Of a DNA stretch of 64,000 nt, positions 51,351 to 60,500 are shown piece by piece. The notes under the pieces are model-generated. The model had not been told where the DNA came from. It did no database searches and saw only the letters and a program-made list of their open reading frames with translations. The translations under genes and the position numbers were made by a program. The stretch is from Thermoanaerobaculales bacterium (GTDB lineage: Bacteria > Acidobacteriota > Thermoanaerobaculia > Thermoanaerobaculales > Sulfomarinibacteraceae). The first letter of the stretch is position 1. Each line of letters starts with the position of its first letter. The stretch is taken from NCBI GenBank assembly GCA_029287235.1, contig JARFRM010000058.1:5602-69601 (forward strand), written 5' to 3'.

Positions 51351-54086
51351 CTAGGGGTCGGGCGTCGAGGACGTCCGCGGTTCAAACCCGCCGACGATCA
51401 CGAAGGGCGCCCAGTGGAAGGGGTGGTCGAACCCTTGGCTCGCGGCGATCTTTCGTTTGGCGTTCCCCAGGGCAACCGCGGGCTCATGGTCTTCGAGACC
51501 TCGGTAGAAGGCCGTCATCAGGTCGCGCGTCGAGCGGTCTTCCACCGGCCATAGTGAGATCACCACGGCGTTCGAACCGGCGTAGAGAAACGCCCGGGTG
51601 AGGCCCAGCAACCCTTCGCCCGAGAGCTCGGCGCCCAGTCCGGTCTCGCATCCGGAGAGCACCACGAGCTCGGCGTCCAGCGACAGATCGAAGATCTCGA
51701 AGGCCTGGAGCAGACCGTCGTCATCATCCGATGAACCGAGAACGAGGCCGGAGTGCTCGGGGAGATCCGAGCTCGCCAAAGCGTGGGTGGCGAAGTGGAG
51801 GTGGGAGGACGACCGAAGACCGGGATGATCGAGGATGCGCCTTTCAAGAGCGTCGTCGCCCGTGAGCACGACGGCACGGTCGGGAGGGAAAAGCCCGGCC
51901 ACTTCGGCCACCTCCGCTCGCGCCTCGGGAAGGGGACGGAGATCGCCGAAGCTGCGCCCCTCGGCAAGGGTGCGGCTGGTCGATGTCGTGGTGACGGTGG
52001 TCGACTCCAATGCGGGTTTCGCCGTCGGCAGCAAGGGGTCGGCCACGGCGAAGAGGCTCGGTTCGGCATGGTGTCTGCGGCGAATGGCCAGGGCCTCGAT
52101 CATGGTGACCGATGGGGCGTAGCTGACGGACCAGCGCTCCAACACGGACCTGACCTCGTCGATCGTCAGGGCCTCGAAGGGAAGCAGGTGGAGCACCCCG
52201 TCTGGAACCACGACGAGGCGGTCGATACCGTTCAGCCGATCCATGGCCGGGCCGAGGAGCAGTTTCCCGGCGTCGGCGGCGGATCGGTCGAGCCGGCCGC
52301 GGTCCCGGCGCCCTGGACGGGCCATGAGATCCCGAAGAGGTTCGATGAGGATGCGCAGCTCGTCCGATCCTGGCAGCAGATGGGCGCCCAGGGCGTCACC
52401 GGTGACGATCAGCATCACCGTGTTGCGCTCACCGACAAGGTACTCGACGAGCGCGGTGTCGTCACCCAATCTGCGCTGAAGGGCCTCGAGGTCGGGGGCG
52501 GCGACCTGGGACCGTGCGCTGCGGCGGCGAAGCGAGCTCTCGATTTCGCGGCGCTCGTCGTCGAGCTGTAATCTTCGGGCCTCGATTTCGGCTCGCTCCG
52601 AGTCCGGGATCTCGACCCCGAGAAGCCTGGTCTGCACCGCACTGAGCTCGCTCAAGACGGCTTCGTAACGGTCTTCCAACCGCACATCATCGGTGTTTGC
52701 ATGGCCGCCGCCGGACGCTTTGACAAGTTCGAGCAGGGTCCGGGCGTGGGCCTTTTCCGAAGCTGTGAACGCCTCTTCGAGATGGTTGCCTGAGGGGTCT
52801 TTGGTGTCGAGCTCCACCAGCGCAGTGGCGAGCATCACATAGATCTCCCGCTGCGGGGCGAGGTAGCGGGCGCGGAGATCGGGGTCGGCTAGCTCGCCCC
52901 GGATCGTCTCGAGGAGTTCCAGTGCCAGGAGACACTCGTCGCGGCCGCGACCGAACTCCCCGAGGTCGAGACTAGCCTCGGCCATCGTCCGCAGCGTGCT
53001 CAGCTTCTGTCGATCGAGTCCGAGCTCGGTGTAGGTCTCGAGGCTCTCGGCCAACCGGCGGTGGGCCTCGACGGGATGGCCGGTCTCCACCAAGACGCGA
53101 GCGACGTTTGTCGAGGTGACGGCGATTCCCACAGGGTCGCCGAGCTCGGTGGCGACGGCGTTGGCCTCGAGATAGAGCTCGAGGGCGCGGTCGAGATTGC
53201 CGAGCTTGCGTTCGAGGCCGGCGAGCTGGTTGATCACGATCCCGACCCCCCGGGTCTCGCCGATCTCACGCCTCAGCTTCAGCGAGCGCTCGTACGATCG
53301 TCGCGCCTCGTCCGAGAGGCCCAGCTCCACCTGCGCCTGGCCGAGCTCGCGAAGCGCCCACGCTTCCCGTCTCCGGTCCCCACGCTCTTCGGCGAGCTCG
53401 ACAACCTCGACAAATCTCCGGGAGGCGCGTTCCGGGTCGCCCAGTCTGAGATGAATCGAGGCGACGGCGATGAGCGACGACAGTTCCTTGTCGTCGAGTC
53501 CGGCTTTTCGAGCGAAGGTCAACGCCCGCCGGTGGGTGTCGAGGGCGTCCTGGTAGGCGAGGCGGACCGCGTAGGAGGAGGCCAGGTTGTGGAGCATCGT
53601 GTGGTGCTGACGGGATTGTCCGAGCTCGAGCGCCAGCTCGGCTACCCGGATGAAGATTGCTTCCGCCTCGGCGTTTCGCCCCTGTTCGAGACGAACACCC
53701 GCGAGCTCGCCCAGGACCTCGGAGAGGAGCTCGAGATCACCGACCTCTTCGGCGATGGCCCTGGCGGCGATGGCCGCCTCCGCCGCCCGGTCCCACTCAT
53801 TGAGCTGGGCGCACGTGTTGGCAACGCCACGCAGGGACCGACCCAGCTGTTGCCGGTCACCCAAACGTTCCCAGAGGGCCGAGGCGCGTTCGAAGTCGTC
53901 CCGCGCCCGGGCCATCACGGCGCCGTCCGGAGGCTGGTTCTCGGACTCGATCACTGCCATGGCGCGGGTAGTGAGCGTCTCGGCCTCGCGTCGTAGCGCG
54001 TCCGGGTCCCCAGCTTCGCCCGGACCAGGTCTTCCGAGACACGCCGCGACGACGAGCAAGGTCAGCAGGATGCGATTTTGGTTCAC
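51351..54086 (-). CDS. TPR-repeat + CHAT (caspase-like protease) domain lipoprotein
   Basis: GTG start at 54086 (leader VNQNRILLTLLVVAAC with a lipobox). Many TPR-like repeats (ALWERLGDRQQLGRSLRGVA..., etc.). The C-terminal CHAT domain has HFATHA and VVLSGCETG. The first roughly 249 codons of the listed ORF are antisense to the sigma gene. Confidence 0.85.
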   Translation of the reverse strand: MNQNRILLTLLVVAACLGRPGPGEAGDPDALRREAETLTTRAMAVIESENQPPDGAVMARARDDFERASALWERLGDRQQLGRSLRGVANTCAQLNEWDRAAEAAIAARAIAEEVGDLELLSEVLGELAGVRLEQGRNAEAEAIFIRVAELALELGQSRQHHTMLHNLASSYAVRLAYQDALDTHRRALTFARKAGLDDKELSSLIAVASIHLRLGDPERASRRFVEVVELAEERGDRRREAWALRELGQAQVELGLSDEARRSYERSLKLRREIGETRGVGIVINQLAGLERKLGNLDRALELYLEANAVATELGDPVGIAVTSTNVARVLVETGHPVEAHRRLAESLETYTELGLDRQKLSTLRTMAEASLDLGEFGRGRDECLLALELLETIRGELADPDLRARYLAPQREIYVMLATALVELDTKDPSGNHLEEAFTASEKAHARTLLELVKASGGGHANTDDVRLEDRYEAVLSELSAVQTRLLGVEIPDSERAEIEARRLQLDDERREIESSLRRRSARSQVAAPDLEALQRRLGDDTALVEYLVGERNTVMLIVTGDALGAHLLPGSDELRILIEPLRDLMARPGRRDRGRLDRSAADAGKLLLGPAMDRLNGIDRLVVVPDGVLHLLPFEALTIDEVRSVLERWSVSYAPSVTMIEALAIRRRHHAEPSLFAVADPLLPTAKPALESTTVTTTSTSRTLAEGRSFGDLRPLPEARAEVAEVAGLFPPDRAVVLTGDDALERRILDHPGLRSSSHLHFATHALASSDLPEHSGLVLGSSDDDDGLLQAFEIFDLSLDAELVVLSGCETGLGAELSGEGLLGLTRAFLYAGSNAVVISLWPVEDRSTRDLMTAFYRGLEDHEPAVALGNAKRKIAASQGFDHPFHWAPFVIVGGFEPRTSSTPDP

Positions 54087-54125
54087 CCAACCTTCAACAC
54101 CGGGCACCGCGCGTCGATTCCTCTT

Positions 54126-54692
54126 ATGATGGTTGGAGTGGACTCGACCCTGGTTGACGAATTCTTGGGCGGCGACCCGATGGCCGCGGAGACGATCTCG
54201 AAGTGGATCGGTCTCGCGGCGTGGTCGTTTCGATCGCGTTTCGGGGACGACTGGGAGGACGCGGTGGCAGACGCCACCCTCCAGGTCACCCGCGCACTGC
54301 GGGAAGGACGGTTCGCCGGCCGCGGCACCCTCAAGGCCTATGTCCGACGAGTTGCGCTGACCACCTGTCTCGATCGGCTGAGGTCGAAGAAGCGGTGGCG
54401 CTGGACCGAGCTCGTCGAGGAACTCCACCCCGAGGATCCGAAGAGCCCGGCGGACAGGGTCGAATCGGAAGACACATGGCGGTTGGCGGCGATGGTGGTG
54501 AAAGAGATGTCCGACGACTGCGTCAGACTGTGGCGGATGCTCCTCGATGGGCTCGATTACGCACAGATGGCCGAGCGGCTGGACACCGCGGCCGGGACCC
54601 TCAGGGTCCGTGTTCTGAGGTGCCGCAAACGGGCGGTGGAGATTCGGCGAAAGCTCGAGTGCAACAATAAGGCGACCCGAACGCCGGAGTAG
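54126..54692 (+). CDS. ECF-type RNA polymerase sigma-70 family factor
   Basis: Region 2 (DAVADATLQVTRAL...TLKAYVRRVALTTCLDRLRS) and region 4 (LDYAQMAERLDTAAGTLRVRVLRCRKRAVEI). Confidence 0.85.
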   Translation: MMVGVDSTLVDEFLGGDPMAAETISKWIGLAAWSFRSRFGDDWEDAVADATLQVTRALREGRFAGRGTLKAYVRRVALTTCLDRLRSKKRWRWTELVEELHPEDPKSPADRVESEDTWRLAAMVVKEMSDDCVRLWRMLLDGLDYAQMAERLDTAAGTLRVRVLRCRKRAVEIRRKLECNNKATRTPE

Positions 54693-54696
54693 GGGA

Positions 54697-55494
54697 ATGA
54701 AGATGGACTGCACCTCCGCGATCGAGCGTCTCCCCTGGATGGTCAACGGGACCCTGGCCGATGAAGAGCGGTCGGAGCTCGAGGCCCACCTGGCCGGGTG
54801 CCCGATCTGCCGGTCCGAGCTCGCCGAGACCATCGAGGTCTTCCGTCTGGCGTCGGCCCACCCGCCGACTGCGGTGCTGGTGGAGTGGGCTCAGGGCCGA
54901 GAGGATGCGGGTGCCGAGCTCATTGAGCGTCACGTGGCGGGCTGCCCCGCCTGCGCCGAAGAGGTGGATCTGGTCCGCGAGGCGTTCCGGCTGGAAGCAT
55001 TCGCCCCCCGTGGCGGGGCACCGGCACTGAGGGCCGTGGTTGCGTGGCGCCGAGCCGCGCTGGCAGCCGCCGCGGTGGCGGTTGTGGGTCTGCTGGCGTT
55101 GGTGACGTTGTGGATGCCTGGAGGATCTCTCGGAAGCGGCGCCAGAGGGACTGCCCCCCTGGCCAACCTGCCGGTGGTGGAGCTCCTCCCCGACGGCTTC
55201 GCCCTCCGCGGTGGGGATGAGCCGCCGGTGATCGAGACCGGGTCCGACGCGGTGGCGCTGATCCTCGCCACCCGGGCTGAGGCCGTGTGGGACCACTACC
55301 GGTTGCGGGTCCTCGACGCAGACGGGCGTGAGTTGTGGTGGACCGCAGATCTTATCCGTCAGCCCACCGACGACTTCACGGTGCTGCTGCCCGTAAAGAT
55401 GATGACGGGAGCGGAGATCCGGCTCGTGCTCGATGGCGGCGGCGACGGGACCTGGACCGAGCTCGAGACCTACCGACTGAGAACCCTTCCCTAG
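54697..55494 (+). CDS. Anti-sigma factor, zf-HC2 type, single TM
   Basis: Starts 4 nt after the sigma stop. H-x3-C-x2-C motif (LEAHLAGCPICRSEL) and a second copy (HVAGCPACAEEV). TM segment AALAAAAVAVVGLLALVTLW. Confidence 0.75.
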   Translation: MKMDCTSAIERLPWMVNGTLADEERSELEAHLAGCPICRSELAETIEVFRLASAHPPTAVLVEWAQGREDAGAELIERHVAGCPACAEEVDLVREAFRLEAFAPRGGAPALRAVVAWRRAALAAAAVAVVGLLALVTLWMPGGSLGSGARGTAPLANLPVVELLPDGFALRGGDEPPVIETGSDAVALILATRAEAVWDHYRLRVLDADGRELWWTADLIRQPTDDFTVLLPVKMMTGAEIRLVLDGGGDGTWTELETYRLRTLP

Positions 55495-55654
55495 GAGCCT
55501 GCACCGCAGAGAATCGGCGGCGCCTTTCGGGCGGCATTTTGCCCGTTTTTCGCCTGTTTCTTGGCCCATACCACCAGTATGAACCGGCGAAACAGGCGAA
55601 AATCGGCCACAAAAGCCGAACGGTGTTATTCGGGTGTCGTTCGGGACCCGAATC

Positions 55655-55680
55655 GAACCTTTTCTCCCAATAGTTCGATA
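55655..55680 (+). promoter_or_regulatory. Weak ECF-type promoter candidate upstream of the beta-helix gene
   Basis: GAAC (55655-58), a 17-nt spacer, then CGATA (55676-80), about 75 nt upstream of ATG 55754. Generic ECF -35 AAC / -10 CG pattern only. Confidence 0.2.
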
Positions 55681-55753
55681 TTGCGTCTGTAACGCATTCG
55701 CATTTCGGACGCCGTTGCTCACAGATCGCACTTTTCGAACATGGGAGGACATC

Positions 55754-57487
55754 ATGACGAACATTTCGACGGGCTCGGCTTTTCGTTTTCTGAGCGCTGC
55801 TTCATTGCTGATCACCGTGGTTGCGCTGATGGCGGGACAGGTCGGTGCAGCCGAGTTTACGGTGGGGTCGGGGACCGGCTGCAGCTCCAACTCGATTCCC
55901 GGCGCCCTCCTCCTGAGCGCCCTCAACGGTCCCGGGCTCGACATCATCAAGATTGCCGGCAACCAGAGCTACACCGCCCAGCACATCGTCATATCCAACC
56001 AGTCGGTGAGCCTGATCGGTGGGTACTCGAGCTGCACCGACCCCACCGGCGGAGGCCAGACGGTGATCTCCGGTGCGGGCGGCTCCGTCAACCCGGTTGT
56101 CGAGATCTCGGGCACCGCGAACGGCACCCGATCTGTGGAGCTCGTGAACATGGAGATCTCCGGCGGTGAGGAGGGCGGTGTGGTCGTCAGCGGCGCCAAT
56201 CTCGTCTCCATCCAGGACTGCCTCATCACGGACAACCAGCGTGGCGACGGCGGCGGAATCCACCTCGACGGTGCCGACGGGGCGGTCCTCACCATCGCCG
56301 ACGATGCGGCCGTGATCGCCAACACGGCGACCAACCCGTCGAGCAAAGGCGGTGGAATCTACTGTCAGAACGGCGGCATCATCATTCTCGAGGGGCTGGT
56401 GGCCGGCAACAGCGGCTGGTTCGGCGGTGGGGTGTTCATGTCCGATTGCACGATGAACGACTTCGCCGGCGGCGCCCTCCGCGGCATCGTGGGCAACACC
56501 GGAACCATCGGCGGCGGGATCTTTGCTGCGGCCTCGAGCGCCGTCAATCTCAGCGGGAACTCCGAGCACCCGGCCATTGTGTCGTCCAACCTGGCGTCGT
56601 TCAAGGGCGGTGGGGTGTGGATCCAGAACGGTTCGTCGTTGACTGTCAGGGACTCCTGGATCGTCGACAACGACGCCGGCGAGCTCGCCGGCGGTGTCGG
56701 CCTGTCGCAAGACTCGACCTTGATCATGGACCGAACCTACGGCGGCGACTGCCACACCGCGGATCGCTGCTCGAAGCTCTCGGGCAACTGGGTGACCGGA
56801 TCGCCCAACCAGGGCGGGGCGCTGTTCGTCGAGGCGGGATGTGTCGCCGACATTCGTCAGACCTATCTCGAGGGAAATCAGGCGTTGTTCGGCTCGGCTG
56901 CGTGGGTGGAAGGTGTCGGAGCTCAGCTCCTACTCGAGGGTGACGTGCTCGCCGGCAACCACGGCGAATCGGTGATCTACCAAATGGATCAGGCCGTCGT
57001 GCGCGCCGCCTTCGTCACAAGCTCAAGAAATACGGCGTCAGGCAGTGGAGCCTCGTTCTACACCAACGCCTCGGTGGACACGACGACTGAGATCTACTCG
57101 AGCATCATCGACGACCCCCTGGTCTGGGGTGGTCTCGGCGGCGGCAGCCATACCTACGACTGCATGATCGTTCGTTCGGGATTCGGACTCCCGACCCCGG
57201 GCGGATATGTGCTCGAGGCGGACCCCCTCTTCCGCGACCCGGTCGTCTGGGACTTCCACCTCAGTCTGGCTTCACCGGCCATCGACTACTGCGACACCTT
57301 CCTCTACAGCCCCACCGAGGCGGACATCGACGGTCAGCCGCGAGGCGAGGATCTGGCTTCGGTCGCGAATAACCTCGGGCCCTACGATCTCGGCGCCGAC
57401 GAATGGTCGGACGACCCCGCCAGCGTGATCTTTGCCGACGGATTCGAGTCGGGGGACACCTCGGTGTGGACCGAAGTGTCGCCTTGA
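55754..57487 (+). CDS. Secreted beta-helix protein with polymorphic-membrane-protein-like GGxI repeats and C-terminal FADGFESGDT module
   Basis: ATG 55754 (GGGAGGA upstream). Signal peptide ...LLITVVALMAGQVGAA. Repeats GGGIHLDG, GGGIYCQNGG, GGGVFMSD, GGGIFAAA, GGGVWIQNG and GGALFVEAG. Contains DLGADEW. C-terminus VIFADGFESGDTSVWTEVSP*. Confidence 0.8.
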   Translation: MTNISTGSAFRFLSAASLLITVVALMAGQVGAAEFTVGSGTGCSSNSIPGALLLSALNGPGLDIIKIAGNQSYTAQHIVISNQSVSLIGGYSSCTDPTGGGQTVISGAGGSVNPVVEISGTANGTRSVELVNMEISGGEEGGVVVSGANLVSIQDCLITDNQRGDGGGIHLDGADGAVLTIADDAAVIANTATNPSSKGGGIYCQNGGIIILEGLVAGNSGWFGGGVFMSDCTMNDFAGGALRGIVGNTGTIGGGIFAAASSAVNLSGNSEHPAIVSSNLASFKGGGVWIQNGSSLTVRDSWIVDNDAGELAGGVGLSQDSTLIMDRTYGGDCHTADRCSKLSGNWVTGSPNQGGALFVEAGCVADIRQTYLEGNQALFGSAAWVEGVGAQLLLEGDVLAGNHGESVIYQMDQAVVRAAFVTSSRNTASGSGASFYTNASVDTTTEIYSSIIDDPLVWGGLGGGSHTYDCMIVRSGFGLPTPGGYVLEADPLFRDPVVWDFHLSLASPAIDYCDTFLYSPTEADIDGQPRGEDLASVANNLGPYDLGADEWSDDPASVIFADGFESGDTSVWTEVSP

Positions 57488-57542
57488 TCTCGGGTCCGTT
57501 TCGCTGCTTGATTCAATCTGCCCCGGAAAAATGGGAGCCGCC

Positions 57543-60500
57543 ATGCATTCAGTTGATTCTCGTCGTCCGAAGACCGTCGTGAAATCTCTCCTCGTGGCCG
57601 CCACGCTCGCCGGCACGATTCTGACAACCGTGGGGGTGGGAGGGGTCCCGATCAGAGGTGATGCCGATAGGATCCCGATCTCCGCGTCCGGTGTGGTGCA
57701 CGCCATCGCGAGCGAAACCCCGGTGGAGCTGGAGATCGGCCGAATCGACGGCGTCGTCGTTCTCGGTGGTGTTCGGGCACCGGGTCTCAGAGTGACCGGT
57801 GGAGGTCCGTCCACCACCGTCCGGGTCGACGGCGACATCAATATCGACGCCATGCTCGAGATCGAGATCGACGGGCATCTCGAGATCGACACGTCGGCGA
57901 GCGGCCGGCGCATCCGGGTTGAGGCGGGAGAAGGGCTGAGCGTGGCCGTATCGGCTTTACGTCTTGCTGACACACCGGGTGCTCCGGTGCATCTGCGGTC
58001 GGGCGGCGATCTCGTCCTCGAGGGTCGCGATCTGATCGATGTTGATGCCCTCGACGATCACGCCACCCGGATCGCCTCCGGGGCAGATCTGATTCTCCGC
58101 TCGGCCAGGCCCGTTCGAGGCGACGCCCACTGGCGGGCCGGGCGTGATCTCCGGATCGAGACCCTCGACGGTCGTCCCGGCAACCTCGTCAGCCCCAAGG
58201 ACCCGGTGGTGCTGTCGACGCGCAACGTCACCATGGGCGCCTACACAGGGGCCTCGCTCCACATTCTCGCCGGCGGATCCGTCGCGACCGGCGCTATCGA
58301 GATCACCGGCACGGACGGCGCCGCAAACACGATCGGTCCCGGCAATACCGTCGCCTTCAACGGCACGGACACCTTCGCAGATCTCGCCGACCTCGTGCTC
58401 TCTGACGGGACCCCTGTTGTGGTGGACGGTGCGGCCCGCGCCACCCTCGACATCCGGGCCGGGATCGACTGGTCGAGCTTTTCAGGAGGCCCGCCGGTTC
58501 CCGACGACCGGATCGTACCTGGCGGTTCGGTCAGCCCGACCTTCTCGTCGCCGGTAGCCTCGGCCGACATCGTCCTGGGTTCGGTCGTCGTGACTGTCGC
58601 GGAAGGCGTGGTTCTTCTGACCAACCGCTATTGTCCGAATGCGGCCCTGACTGGCGCCATCGAAACCGATGGCGTGAGCACGTTGACGAACACCGACGGG
58701 TCGGACGGCGGAGACATCTGGATCGACTCGAAGGCCGACGTCGTGGTGCCGGAGCTGTTTTCGTACTCCCAATCCTCAACAACCGGCGGTGCTTCAGGAT
58801 CGGGAGGATCCGTATCGGTGATCGCGGACGGCGATCTCGTGACAACGTCCGTCATCACGTTGGCGAACAGCCTCAACGGGACAGCCGGCAACGGTGGTGC
58901 AGTCAGCCTCCGCATTGGAGGGACGTTGGTGGGGAATCCGACGATCACGGCGTCGTCATGGTCCCAGACGGGATCTGGAAACGGTGGAGACGTCATCGTC
59001 GACGCTCGGGGTCCAATGGCCGTCAATGGAGTTTACTCTGAGAGCCTGATCACCGGCACGGGAACCGCGGGAAACGGGGGTGCCGTGTCCGTTCTGGCCC
59101 GAGCGGCCGGCGGCGTCAATGGTGGTGAGCCGCTCACCGTGTACGAGGTCGTTACCGGGTCCGGACCTGTGGCCGGTACGGGGGTCGTGGTTGCCTCCGG
59201 CAATGGCGGCCAGGTGGAGCTGCGGACCGAGGATGGCGATGTGGAGGTGGTTACGAGGATTTCCACCGCCTCCCAAGCAGGTAGTGGGGTCAACCCCAGC
59301 GGTGACGGCGGCGACGTCTTCGTCACGGCCGTGGGCGGCGATATCGCAATCGGTCTGCTCTGGACCGATCTGGGCATCACCACGAGGACCTTTGCCGCGG
59401 ACGGCAGCACCGGGAACACCGGAGAGGGTGGCGACGTCACTCTGACGGCCGACGGCGGTATCCGGATCACCCCGGGTGCACCGGCTGGTGGCGTCATCAC
59501 CAGCACGACCTCGGATGGTGGCCAGGCCGGCCGGTGCGGCGCCTTCGTCGCCCACGCCGCTACGGGGAACATCGATCTCGGTTTCAGCGGGATCCAGACC
59601 GACGCCGACGGGCGGGCCGGCGTCAGCGGTCCCGCCGGGCCGGTCGGTCTGACGGCCGGGGGATCGATACTCACTGCGTTCATCGACACCTCGAGCATCG
59701 GCCGCAGCGGCGGCTCGGCGGCCGCCGGGGGTACGGTGACGATCGCCGGCGGTGGCAGCGTTTCCACCGGTGATGTCAACGCCCAGTCTCTGGTCGAGGA
59801 CGCCGGCGGCTCCGCTGATCATGGGGGAACGGTGATGATCACCACGAGTGCGGGCGATCTGGCGACCGGCTATGTCGCGACCACCTCGGTCTCCGCCGCT
59901 GGCGGTGGGGACTCGGGTGCCGGGGGGTCGATCGTCATCAGCGGGCCCGGAGATCTCCACGTCAACCCGGGCAGAAGCTACGGGTCGGGCTCGATCTCCA
60001 TGAGTGCCGTTGCAGGCCCCGGCGGCGATATCGAGGTCACACTCGGCGGCGCCGTCACCGGTTTGGCGAACGTGAGCTCCGCCAGCGTTGGAGAAACCGG
60101 GGGCGGTACGGGCGGGTCCCTCATATTGAACTCGACCGGGCCGCTGGCTCTCGGCTCGGTCCGATCCAACTCGTCGGTCAGGGCCGCCGGCGCGGCCGGT
60201 AACGGCGGGGCGGTTCAGTTGATCTCGAGGGGCCCGGCCGGTGGGGTCTCAGTGGCAGAGGTCCACTCCGATTCCGGGTGCTTCTACTACTTCGGCGCGG
60301 ACTGCGCGGCCGCAACGAGCGGTGCGGTGACGCTGACCGCCGAGTCCGGGGATGTGGTTGTCTCCGATGAGATCTTGACCCACTCCATCGCCAAGGGCGT
60401 CGGCAACAACACGGGTGATGGGGGCGATGTCGCGATCTCAGCGCCTGCGGGTTTGATCACCATCGGCGCGGGCGGGATCGCAACCAGAACCGAGTGCGTC

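Noticed and set aside
51366-51392. tRNA-like T-arm (GCGG-TTCAAAC-CCGC)
   Set aside because: It lies inside the CHAT gene's 3' coding region. No matching acceptor, D or anticodon arms could be folded from the flanks.
54000-54125. Autoregulatory ECF promoter upstream of the sigma gene
   Set aside because: The best candidate (AAC-N13-CGTC around 54097-54116) has the wrong spacing, so nothing convincing was found.
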